A DNA stretch of 64,000 nucleotides from Gemmatimonadota bacterium (GCA_039586365.1 JBDHKN010000007.1:30358-94357), one strand, 5' to 3'; shown: positions 31,417-40,146, counted from the stretch's first letter. The notes: generated from the sequence alone by a model not told the origin. Translations and numbers: made by a program.

Positions 31417-32157
31417 CTAGGGATGCTCGGGTTGGGCTTTTGGACGGAGCTGCACGATCGGCCCCAGAGCTAGCTCCACGGCATTTACAATTCGTGCTTT
31501 GTCTACAAACAGGCTGCTGTCGGGTACGGATGCGTAGTCCCCAACCATTCTGTCCCACCTCTCGATCAATTCCAAGCCACCGCGTCCTATGTACAACCCG
31601 ACTCCGTCCATATCCTCGATAACTACAGACAACGACAAGGCATAGAAGACGCCCCAACCCCTGACTCCCACGGACTGTGACACTCCATCCCACCTAGCTT
31701 GAGAGTAGTCTGACTCTGCTTCCACCACCTGTATCTCCGGGTAGAGCAATGCGTCGGGGTCAAACTTCTCCCGCAGCTCCTCCTTGAGTTGTCCGACGGC
31801 AGTCCTGAAACGCTCTTCGTCAAACGCGCCAGTGTAGGGGTTGTAGAGGCCGCCGATCTCCTCCACAACGCGCGCCCATATCTCTGCGTGGACCACTGAG
31901 GGAAGCGTCTCGAAGCCGGCGTCGTGGACCTTAGCTGCGATGAGTGAGTCCAGCTCCAGAAGCACTGCTTCGGGCACCTCAGCACCCTCTCCCAGGACAA
32001 CCGGAGTAAGTGCAATACGATCAATCTCGGCGTACACTTGTTCGCGAGGAGCCACGAACCTATGTGTCGTCGGCACAGGACGACAGCCGGAACACAAGCC
32101 AGCTATCAGGCTGGTGATCAGCAACAGACGCAAGCGCTCCAATAGCAGTACTGCCAT
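31417..32157 (-). CDS. Hypothetical lipoprotein (alpha/beta fold)
   Basis: 246 aa ORF with a hydrophobic signal ending CSGC; no family recognised. Confidence 0.7.
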   Translation of the reverse strand: MAVLLLERLRLLLITSLIAGLCSGCRPVPTTHRFVAPREQVYAEIDRIALTPVVLGEGAEVPEAVLLELDSLIAAKVHDAGFETLPSVVHAEIWARVVEEIGGLYNPYTGAFDEERFRTAVGQLKEELREKFDPDALLYPEIQVVEAESDYSQARWDGVSQSVGVRGWGVFYALSLSVVIEDMDGVGLYIGRGGLELIERWDRMVGDYASVPDSSLFVDKARIVNAVELALGPIVQLRPKAQPEHP

Positions 32158-32294
32158 CGCCGTTACCTGGTCTGCCGGTTGTCAAACACCGAAATTGCCC
32201 ACTGTTGATATTCTGGTAAAACATATAAGACCGCCGGTGTAACACCAGACACGCTTGTCCAGCTGTGATCCCTACTCACCAAGCAGCACCACAA

Positions 32295-32324
32295 TTGACG
32301 GACCCGTCGCACCGACCCTATAAT
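32295..32324 (+). promoter_or_regulatory. Near-consensus sigma70 promoter
   Basis: TTGACG-N18-TATAAT, about 80 nt upstream of ATG 32406. Confidence 0.7.
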
Positions 32325-32405
32325 TCCAGCTCACTCCGGGTTCGCCGTACCGCTCAACGGGCCTGGGCCTAGGCCAGCGAGTGCCGGTGCAAGTAGGGTA
32401 AGGTC

Positions 32406-32948
32406 ATGCCAAGGAAGAAACGTATCCCAAAACGTGACAAGCGAGGCAATCCCTACTTGGATGTGACCCAAGGGGAAGATCATAGTGGGGTGCGTGTCAC
32501 TTTCGAGCGCGCGTGGTATTCCCCACCCCTAGACGACAACCTCGAAATCGACTTTGAGAAAGCTGCCGAAGAACTGCAAGCAGAAGTCACGGCTGGGACG
32601 CTGTGGTTTCAGAACTACCTCGACAACGACGATCTGACGCACCCAGTTGTGTTCACCTTGGAGTCGCGTAATGGCTTGGAGGCCTTGATAAGCACCATAC
32701 GTCAGGTATTCAAGGATGGCTTGCGTGAGAGCAACGCCGTGCGGGAGGCAGGTCTTGCCAAGTGCCAAGCGGCACTCGTTGATCGTCGCAAGGGAGCGCG
32801 CCGGCGAGGACGTGATCGCCGAGTAAATGGTGATCGCCGCAACGCAAGCCAACGCGTATTCGACAAGCTGCGGATCCGCAATCTCCGCAAGAAGCAAAGA
32901 AGGCAGATCGCCGACCGCCGCAGGGGAACCGAGCGTCGGGCTGCCTGA
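32406..32948 (+). CDS. Hypothetical protein with a C-terminal [D/E/Q]RR arginine-repeat tail
   Basis: 180 aa with its own strong promoter; tail DRRKGARR..DRRVNGDRR..QRRQIADRRRGTERR. Confidence 0.7.
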   Translation: MPRKKRIPKRDKRGNPYLDVTQGEDHSGVRVTFERAWYSPPLDDNLEIDFEKAAEELQAEVTAGTLWFQNYLDNDDLTHPVVFTLESRNGLEALISTIRQVFKDGLRESNAVREAGLAKCQAALVDRRKGARRRGRDRRVNGDRRNASQRVFDKLRIRNLRKKQRRQIADRRRGTERRAA

Positions 32949-33032
32949 TCCGTTCCCAGATCAGTTCAGCAAGTTCAGGGCAGGATGCTGACTGTTCATC
33001 GAAGGAACAGCGAGGCAACAGTATACGCATGG

Positions 33033-36000
33033 CTACTCATACCGCAGCACCGAAGCGGCATCCACTCGACTAGCACGCATTGCCGGGACGACGCTGGCCA
33101 GGGTGGCTACCGATACAAAGATCACCACAACACCCAAGAACGTGATCGGATCGAATGGCCCAATCCCAAACAGCACAGAAGCCATCGCGCGACTCGCCAC
33201 GAGCGCCAGTAACAGACCCAGACCCAACCCTACTCCGCTGAGCTTCAGGCCTTCGCTCAAAAAGAGCCGACGAATGGTTGTCCCGCTAGCTCCTAACGCC
33301 ATGCGCACTCCGATTTCTCTGTGCCGTTGTGCAACAGAGTAGGCCACCACACCGTAGAGTCCCAAGACCGCAAGTAACAAGGAGGCACCCCCCAACAAAG
33401 CCAACAACACCGAGCTGATGCTCCACGGCAGGGTCTGCTCGCTCACGACACTGTTCATGGTCCGAATCGTGACAGGCAGATCACCGTCGACGCTGCGCAG
33501 TACACTCCGTACGGAGCTCACGGCTGTACCGGGAGCACCATGAGCCGCGATGACTAAGAACCGGCGTCTAACGGCCTGCTGCGCCACCGGCACATAGAGC
33601 TGGGGACGCTGATCGGCTGAGATACCCTCAAACCTAACGTCGCCCACCACGCCTACTATCGTAGCGGCTGTCTGTTGGTCGGACTCGGCAAGCACGATCG
33701 TTCGGCCAATTGGATCATCTCCGAGCCACGGTTCTCTTGCCAATCGCTCACCGACAATCACGACCTGCGGCGCATCGGTGTTGTCGGCCGCAGTGAAGTC
33801 CCTTCCTGCAAGGAGCGGGACCTCCATTACTTCGAAGTACCCTGGAGAGACAATATGGAACAGGCCCACGGACCAGTCTTCCCGCTCGGCCGGCACCTGA
33901 GCCGGATCGGAATAGCCCGTCAGGGAGTTCTCGTTATTGAGCGGCAGCCGGTCAACTGTCGACACCGACCTAATCCCGGAAAGTGCCTCGAGCTCTGCCG
34001 TCGCTCTTCCGTAGAACGCCTGCACATCGGTTGCTTCCGGATAGCTCAGTTGCGGTGGCGTGACGGTTACCGTCAAGACGGAATCCGGTTCGAAGCCCAA
34101 GTCGAGATGTTGCATTGCCAACAGGCTACGTGCAGCGAGGCCCATTCCACTGATCAGGACCGCCGCAACAGCGATCTGGAAGACGACCAGGGCGCGCCGC
34201 GTCCGCATCGATCGCATTCCGGATCCTGCGCCGCGTCCTTCCTTGAGCGCGGCACTCAGGTCCGTCCGCGTGACGGAGAGCGCCGGTGCCAGTCCGAACA
34301 TGAGAGCCGTGAGAACCGTTACACCCATCGCAAACATCAATACTGTCCCGTCGACGGACGCCTCACCGACCCGATACCAATCCTCCGGGATCAGTGGACC
34401 GACGGTCTTCGAGCCCCACTGCGTCACCGCCAATCCCAGGATTCCACCAACCGCAGCCAACATTACGCTCTCAGTCAACAGCTGCCTTATCAGCCGCCCC
34501 CGCCCCGCACCGAGAGCCGTGCGCACTGCCACTTCACCCTTCCGTGCCGTCCCGCGCGCCAAGATTAGGCTCGCGACGTTGGCGCACACGATTATCAGCG
34601 CGAAAGCTACCGAGACCATGAGCAGTGTGAACATTATGCGGAAGATGTCCCACACGAAGTTCAGTGCCTGCCGAATCGGCAGTACGCTGATCCCGGAATA
34701 TCTGCCATCTTCCTCAGGGTAAGCCTCAGCTAGGTTCCTCTGGATCGCGTTCAACTCCTCCCGCGCAACTTCCGGACTCCAGCCATCCTTCAACCGCCCC
34801 ACGATGATGCTGCCCATGCGCCCGCGGAGATCCTGCTCGGAGTTCATCCTGATCGGAAGCCATAGATCGATGCCACCGAACGGGAACACGAAGTCGCGCG
34901 GCATCACGCCCACTACTGTACGGGAAACACCGTCGATCGTGATCGACCGGCCCACGATCTCCGGATCTCCTCCGTAACGTCTCTGCCACAAGCCGTGATC
35001 CAGCACCGTCACTTCGCCCGCTGTGGGCTCGCTCTCTTCAGGCAGGAGGGCGCGGCCGAGCAAAGGGGTCACCTGCAGCAGCGAAAACATGTTGCCGGTA
35101 ACGTAGCCGACCAAGATGCGCTCGGGCCCTGCTACACCGGTCAGGTTCCGCGACCCGTAGTAGTACGCGCCCAAATCGCTGAACGCACTAGTTCGCTCCC
35201 TGTAATCTGCCAGTTGCGGGAGAGAGAACCTCATACGACCCCATCCGAGCGCATCGTCCACCTGGCCCAGTTGCACCAGTCTGTCCGATTCTCCGAACGG
35301 TAGGGGCCGGATGAAGTAGGGGTTCATGAGGCTGAACACCAGCGCAGTGGCGGCAATTCCGAATGCGAGAGTGAGCACCACCACGGTGGTGAACAGGGGA
35401 GTCCGCGACAGGTTACGAAGTGCGTAGATACAGTCTTGCTTGATGGAACCGAGCATCTGTCGTCCTCTGGTCAGTAGGGGATAACCGGCACGTGTCCGTG
35501 GAGCTTTGGCCGTGTCTCCCAACAAGCGTCTAGTGAGAGCCGATAGACGGGGACCGAGCAGCGATAATTTCTCACGGATGGGTGATACGTGCCCGACTCC
35601 CCGTTCCAGCGACGCAACCAACTCGGTAGGTGAGGCGTGGCGCCGCTCCAATTCCAACGACATCCCACGCTTCACCGCTCTTTCAACTCTGCTGGGTATT
35701 CCGGGCACGAAGGCCCCTAGATCGGGTGCCTCTGAGGTGAACCGCTGTGACACGATGGCCAGCGTCGTCGTTCCAACGAATGGCGGACGCCCGGAGAGCA
35801 TCTCGAACACCATACACGCGAGGCTGTATACATCCGAGCGCGCACCCAGGTGATGCTCGCCGCTCGCCTGCTCCGGACTCACGTATGCCGGAGTGCCGGC
35901 GGACGAGTCCACAGCTGGAGGTTTCCCCCATTCAAACGCCTCGGCGTGAATCGCTCGTGCGATCCCGAAGTCAGCCACGAAAGCGTGATTGCCGGACAGC

Positions 36001-36644
36001 AACACATTGGCCGGTTTGACATCACAATGCACTACTCTGCGCTCGTGCGCATACTCCAGAGCGGCGGCGACGCCACGGGTGATGCTCATGGTCTCGTCTA
36101 CCGAGAGCCTCTGCTTGCGGTCCAGAAGATCCCGCAATGACCCGTCGCGGATGTACGGCATTACATAGTAGGGATAGCCGGCTGCCTCCCCCGCATCGTG
36201 AAGTGGCAGGATGTGATGGTGCTCCAGGCGGGCAGTATTGCGAATCTCTTTGAGGAACTGTTGGATACCTATCCCGCTGACGGCCTCTGGAGAGACTACC
36301 TTGATCGCCACCTGTCGACCGAGCTTGACGTCACGCGCTAGGTAGACTGTTCCCATTCCACCGTGCCCCAACTCACGATCGATCAGGTAACGGTCCGACA
36401 TTGCGGCGTGGAAGTTCTGGTCCGACCACCCGCCTGACTCCGCTTCGAACAGATCGTCGAAGTCGACCCGGAACACCTCAAGCATCCGTTCGCGCGTCTT
36501 GGGGGATGGATAAGGATGCTTACCGTTGACTATATCGGACCAGTGACCACGCGACAGTCCGAGCTTCATGGCCCAGTGGTTCTGGGAGAGATTACTCCGG
36601 GCTATGAGGTCGAGCAGTTGTTCTCGCTTCAGTCGAACACGCAT
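33033..36644 (-). CDS. Fusion protein: XRE-family HTH + Hanks-type Ser/Thr kinase + duplicated MacB/FtsX (ADOP) permease
   Basis: One uninterrupted frame. HTH LSQNHWAMKLGLSRGHWSDIVNGKHPYPS (about 36644-36445). Kinase LGHGGMGTVY, VAIK, HCDVKPAN, DFG, GTPAYVSPEQ, DVYSL (about 36400-35610). Permease from M at 35456 (QDCIYALR, CANVA, GVRMALGA, PAMRASRVD..LRYE). Confidence 0.9.
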   Translation of the reverse strand: MRVRLKREQLLDLIARSNLSQNHWAMKLGLSRGHWSDIVNGKHPYPSPKTRERMLEVFRVDFDDLFEAESGGWSDQNFHAAMSDRYLIDRELGHGGMGTVYLARDVKLGRQVAIKVVSPEAVSGIGIQQFLKEIRNTARLEHHHILPLHDAGEAAGYPYYVMPYIRDGSLRDLLDRKQRLSVDETMSITRGVAAALEYAHERRVVHCDVKPANVLLSGNHAFVADFGIARAIHAEAFEWGKPPAVDSSAGTPAYVSPEQASGEHHLGARSDVYSLACMVFEMLSGRPPFVGTTTLAIVSQRFTSEAPDLGAFVPGIPSRVERAVKRGMSLELERRHASPTELVASLERGVGHVSPIREKLSLLGPRLSALTRRLLGDTAKAPRTRAGYPLLTRGRQMLGSIKQDCIYALRNLSRTPLFTTVVVLTLAFGIAATALVFSLMNPYFIRPLPFGESDRLVQLGQVDDALGWGRMRFSLPQLADYRERTSAFSDLGAYYYGSRNLTGVAGPERILVGYVTGNMFSLLQVTPLLGRALLPEESEPTAGEVTVLDHGLWQRRYGGDPEIVGRSITIDGVSRTVVGVMPRDFVFPFGGIDLWLPIRMNSEQDLRGRMGSIIVGRLKDGWSPEVAREELNAIQRNLAEAYPEEDGRYSGISVLPIRQALNFVWDIFRIMFTLLMVSVAFALIIVCANVASLILARGTARKGEVAVRTALGAGRGRLIRQLLTESVMLAAVGGILGLAVTQWGSKTVGPLIPEDWYRVGEASVDGTVLMFAMGVTVLTALMFGLAPALSVTRTDLSAALKEGRGAGSGMRSMRTRRALVVFQIAVAAVLISGMGLAARSLLAMQHLDLGFEPDSVLTVTVTPPQLSYPEATDVQAFYGRATAELEALSGIRSVSTVDRLPLNNENSLTGYSDPAQVPAEREDWSVGLFHIVSPGYFEVMEVPLLAGRDFTAADNTDAPQVVIVGERLAREPWLGDDPIGRTIVLAESDQQTAATIVGVVGDVRFEGISADQRPQLYVPVAQQAVRRRFLVIAAHGAPGTAVSSVRSVLRSVDGDLPVTIRTMNSVVSEQTLPWSISSVLLALLGGASLLLAVLGLYGVVAYSVAQRHREIGVRMALGASGTTIRRLFLSEGLKLSGVGLGLGLLLALVASRAMASVLFGIGPFDPITFLGVVVIFVSVATLASVVPAMRASRVDAASVLRYE

Positions 36645-36746
36645 GTTTCCTAGCCCCATACCCAAGTCGAGTTGCCAGAAGGGCGGTACCGGCCAGTTGG
36701 CTGTAGGGCGCAAACGGACACAGCCGCACGGCCTCTGAAACTAAGA

Positions 36747-36772
36747 TACGGCTCGGAGCACGGAGCGTTTCA
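36747..36772 (-). promoter_or_regulatory. Putative ECF-sigma promoter upstream of the HTH-kinase-permease gene
   Basis: Minus strand TCC-TGAAAC-N16-CGTA. Confidence 0.55.
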
Positions 36773-36865
36773 GGATCGGCCGAAGAAGTGTTCGGTGAAG
36801 TTCGGAATGGGGCAAGATCGACCTATCAACCACAGTACGGCCCGAAGCCATGCGGCTAGCGCTCC

Positions 36866-39754
36866 TCAGCGGGTCCCCTCACGCGGTTCTCCCGTCAGTC
36901 GTGCTAGCGCGGTTCGTGCTTCCTCAACCAGTGGCTGAAGGTGAGGGTCGGCATAGCGCCAGGCATCCACAACGTAGGAGAAAGACCTCACTGCCTCCTC
37001 AGTGTTGCCAAGCCGCTCGTTGACCCGACCCCGCTCGAGCGCGACGATGACCGCTTCAGCGGGAGGCGCAAATTGCCGGGTGTATGGCATTTGACGCAAC
37101 AGCGATGCTGCCTCGCTGTCCCTACCGATGGCCGCCAGCACCTGCGCCCGGACGAGCCATGGGCCGTATTGCCAGTAGGAAAAAGGCCAGTTCGGGATCG
37201 CCTCGAGTTCATGCAGGGCTGTGACCGTATCACCCCGCACAAGTGCCAAATAGGCCGGCCCGGCCCGAACCAGCCAGTCCCACACGCCCGACCGCTCGGG
37301 CGGAGCCTGGGCCCGTTGCGAGTCCAGCGAGGCGACAGCCTGTTGGAGTGACAGGCTGTCGCGCTCCTGCAGCCACCAGCGAAGTCCTATGTATGTTCGG
37401 AAACCGTCACCGCTGCGGAGCCAACCGTCGTATAGCGTCGCCGCAGAATCGCGCGACAGCGCACCCAGCCGTGTCAGAGTACCGACGAGCGCAGGCCAAT
37501 CGTCGCCGGCTACCTCGTAGGCTGCGCCCAGTCGGCCACGATAGGCCAATGCCAGGGCGAGTGGCTGCCGCCCCATCATTGAGTCAGACAGGGCCCAAAC
37601 GCGGGCGACCTGCGTAGCCGTCTCCGCTGAGTCGACCCACCACTTGAGATCATACCACACCTGGTACATAGCATTGCCAGGCAGCGGCTCGAGCACCGCA
37701 GCTAGATCGGCACCCCGGGCCCGGTCGGGATCCAGTAAGCTGAGGGTGACTCGTTCCGCATCGGTAAGAGGGTTGGAGCCAGCCCGGGCCAGATATGCCT
37801 CAACAACGCGCGCGGCAGGCGTGGCTCCCTCAAGTACTAGCGTCAGTTCAATGACATGTTTGTAGGCGGGAACGAAAGCCGAGTCCAGTTCCACCGCCTT
37901 GGAGAAAGCCGCTAGCGCCTGCTCGTCCGTGACCCCCAGATAGGGACCGAAGTGATAGCGGGCCTCGCCGAGTTCATACCACACCTGCGGATCCAGAGGA
38001 TACTGCCTGACGGCGTATTCCAGCGTGGGTAGCAGTCGCTGTAGCCGCGGCCAGCTGCTCGAATCTCCCCTGAAATAGGCAAGCGCTCCCCAAATAGAAT
38101 CTGATACCAGCAAGAGGCTTTCACGCCGAGCCAACCCCTGATTCAACTCTCCGGCGCGCAGTAGGGAGGCGACGAATTCTGTGTCACCATACAGATCCCA
38201 CCCTAAGGTGGCTGCACGGCGGCTGTGGGCCAACGCGAAGGTACTGTCCAGCTCGATGGCCCGTTCGTAGTAAGCCTGTGCAGAGTCCAAGTCGAAACGG
38301 CGGTAGTGTTGTTCTCCCTGCAGGAAGGCCTTGAGCGCGGCCGGCGAGGACGAACCGAGCGAGGCGAGCCTCCAGGCTCCAAGCGGCCGGCTACGACTGA
38401 GGTCCCCCATCAGCCGGACCGCCAGGGAGTCAGTGAGCCGGTCGATCCGATCCGAGCGGTCTCGCACGTCAAACTCGGAAATGACCCGACGATTCGCGAC
38501 GTCGTACAGAGTTGCCAGCGCTCGGGCGGAGTCTTCCCCAGTTCCCACGAGACGGCCGTAGACAACCAAACCAGCCTGCAAGCTCGCCCCGAAATCTGCC
38601 GCCGAAGGTGGATCGGCTCGCCCACTCCAACTCTTGATGGCCACCGAGGGAGAGACTGTCCTGAGAGGACCCGCGCCGTCCAGGCTGGCCGAGAGCATAT
38701 CGACCACCCCCTCACTCCACGTTTCCAGCTCGGGACTCAACACGTCGAACGGTGCGACCGCAATGACGTTGGGATTGAGTTCCGGCCTGGGCCGCAACAG
38801 GAACACCCCTGCGACCACTACCGCGACGGCCAAGATCCCGGCAATCCAGAGGAGGGGCCGTATCTTCCGCCGTGAAACCTCCTCTGGGGCGTCCCGCTCC
38901 GGCACTGGGACGGGTGTGTCGCTCCGGGTCGTGAGAGCTGTTACCAGCTCAGCGGCGGTGGCGAACCTGTCAGATGGGCGTTGAGCGAGTGCTTTGACGA
39001 GAATTGTCTCCACCGGATCGGGGAGGCTGTCCAGCTGTCTACGCTCTTCGGGCGACGCGTCAGCAATGCGCCCGGTTGTCACGGACTTGTCGTCTAACCA
39101 TCGCTCGAGCGCTTTGCCGACAACCATCTCATACAGCACGCAGCCTAGACTGTAGATATCCGTCCTGCCGTCCAGATCGCGGCTCCCAGCAGCTTGTTCC
39201 GGACTCATGTAGCCCAAGGTCCCCAGCGGGAGACCCGAAGCTGTAAGGTTGGGTCCGCCCGCTGCGCTGACCGCCCGGGCGATCCCAAAATCAGAAACCA
39301 CTGCCACCCCACCCGAGAGGAGGATATTCTCGGGCTTGATATCGCGGTGGATCACACTGCGGCCGTGAGCGTAACTCAGGGCCGTGGCCACTTCCCGCGC
39401 GATGCGCAGTGCCTCGTCGAGGGAGAGCTGCCGCTCCCGGTTCAGCCGAGCTCGCAGCGACTCGCCCTCGACGTAGGGCATGGTGTAGTAGAGAACACCG
39501 TTGGCCAGACCGGAGTCGTGCACCGGGATTATGTGAGGGTGGCTGAGCTGGGCGGCAATCTGGATCTCCCGCACGAAGCGGTCGCCGCCCAAGAAACCTG
39601 ATAACTCGGGTCGCATGACCTTCACGGCGACCTGCCGGCCATGCTTCGAGTCCCTGGCCAGATAGACGGTGGCCATCCCACCGCTGCCAAGCACACGCTC
39701 GATGGCATAGCGACCCGCGAGGGCCTGCTGCACCTGGTCGAACACCTCGTTCAT
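36866..39754 (-). CDS. Membrane-anchored Ser/Thr protein kinase with a TolB-N-like and TPR/helical C-terminal region
   Basis: LGSGGMATVY, VAVK, HRDIKPEN, DFG, GTLGYMSPEQ; TM LLWIAGILAVAVVVAGVFLL; IAVAPF; TPR-like repeats AIELDSTFALA and AVELDSAFVPA. Confidence 0.92.
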   Translation of the reverse strand: MNEVFDQVQQALAGRYAIERVLGSGGMATVYLARDSKHGRQVAVKVMRPELSGFLGGDRFVREIQIAAQLSHPHIIPVHDSGLANGVLYYTMPYVEGESLRARLNRERQLSLDEALRIAREVATALSYAHGRSVIHRDIKPENILLSGGVAVVSDFGIARAVSAAGGPNLTASGLPLGTLGYMSPEQAAGSRDLDGRTDIYSLGCVLYEMVVGKALERWLDDKSVTTGRIADASPEERRQLDSLPDPVETILVKALAQRPSDRFATAAELVTALTTRSDTPVPVPERDAPEEVSRRKIRPLLWIAGILAVAVVVAGVFLLRPRPELNPNVIAVAPFDVLSPELETWSEGVVDMLSASLDGAGPLRTVSPSVAIKSWSGRADPPSAADFGASLQAGLVVYGRLVGTGEDSARALATLYDVANRRVISEFDVRDRSDRIDRLTDSLAVRLMGDLSRSRPLGAWRLASLGSSSPAALKAFLQGEQHYRRFDLDSAQAYYERAIELDSTFALAHSRRAATLGWDLYGDTEFVASLLRAGELNQGLARRESLLLVSDSIWGALAYFRGDSSSWPRLQRLLPTLEYAVRQYPLDPQVWYELGEARYHFGPYLGVTDEQALAAFSKAVELDSAFVPAYKHVIELTLVLEGATPAARVVEAYLARAGSNPLTDAERVTLSLLDPDRARGADLAAVLEPLPGNAMYQVWYDLKWWVDSAETATQVARVWALSDSMMGRQPLALALAYRGRLGAAYEVAGDDWPALVGTLTRLGALSRDSAATLYDGWLRSGDGFRTYIGLRWWLQERDSLSLQQAVASLDSQRAQAPPERSGVWDWLVRAGPAYLALVRGDTVTALHELEAIPNWPFSYWQYGPWLVRAQVLAAIGRDSEAASLLRQMPYTRQFAPPAEAVIVALERGRVNERLGNTEEAVRSFSYVVDAWRYADPHLQPLVEEARTALARLTGEPREGTR

Positions 39755-39850
39755 TGCCCTATAAGATGGGCCAGTCGGTTATGAATTGGGAGACTCAGAG
39801 GTTATCGGGACCCCAACCCCGGCAACAAACGCAGTAGCGTTATAAACGAG

Positions 39851-39880
39851 AACCCCAATCGCTGCGGGAGCCATTGGGGT
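39851..39880 (-). terminator. Probable terminator after rpsU
   Basis: ACCCCAAT...ATTGGGGT stem followed on the minus strand by TCTCGTTT. Confidence 0.6.
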
Positions 39881-39900
39881 CCACATACCGAGTGCACGCG

Positions 39901-40095
39901 TCAGCGGCTACGTCGGTTGGCTCGATGTCTCCGCCTAATGGCAGCAGCCACCTTCATCCGTTTTGCCGTGCTTGGTTTGACGTAGTAACGCTTCTTCCCC
40001 AGATCCTTCAATATGCCCGATCTCTGAACAAGACGTCGAAATTTGCTTAGGGCCCACTCCAAGCGATCGGCTTCATCGATAATGATATGAGTCAT
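39901..40095 (-). CDS. rpsU: 30S ribosomal protein bS21
   Basis: 64 aa; LE.AL.KFRR...SGIL.DL.K.RYY.KPS..KR pattern with a basic tail. Confidence 0.85.
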   Translation of the reverse strand: MTHIIIDEADRLEWALSKFRRLVQRSGILKDLGKKRYYVKPSTAKRMKVAAAIRRRHRANRRSR

Positions 40096-40146
40096 GATTC
40101 TACCCCGTGCGAGTGCTCATGCGCACTCGAGTGAGCATCACTGCAC

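Noticed and set aside
32325..32405. c-di-GMP or other known riboswitch in the leader of the Arg-repeat gene
   Set aside because: I could not match the conserved cores of the riboswitch classes I know; kept only as a possible structured leader.
36645..36713. 23-residue extension before the HTH of the fusion protein
   Set aside because: It has no domain character and the XRE domain begins at MRVRL (36644). The start could be 36659 but is unlikely to be 36713.
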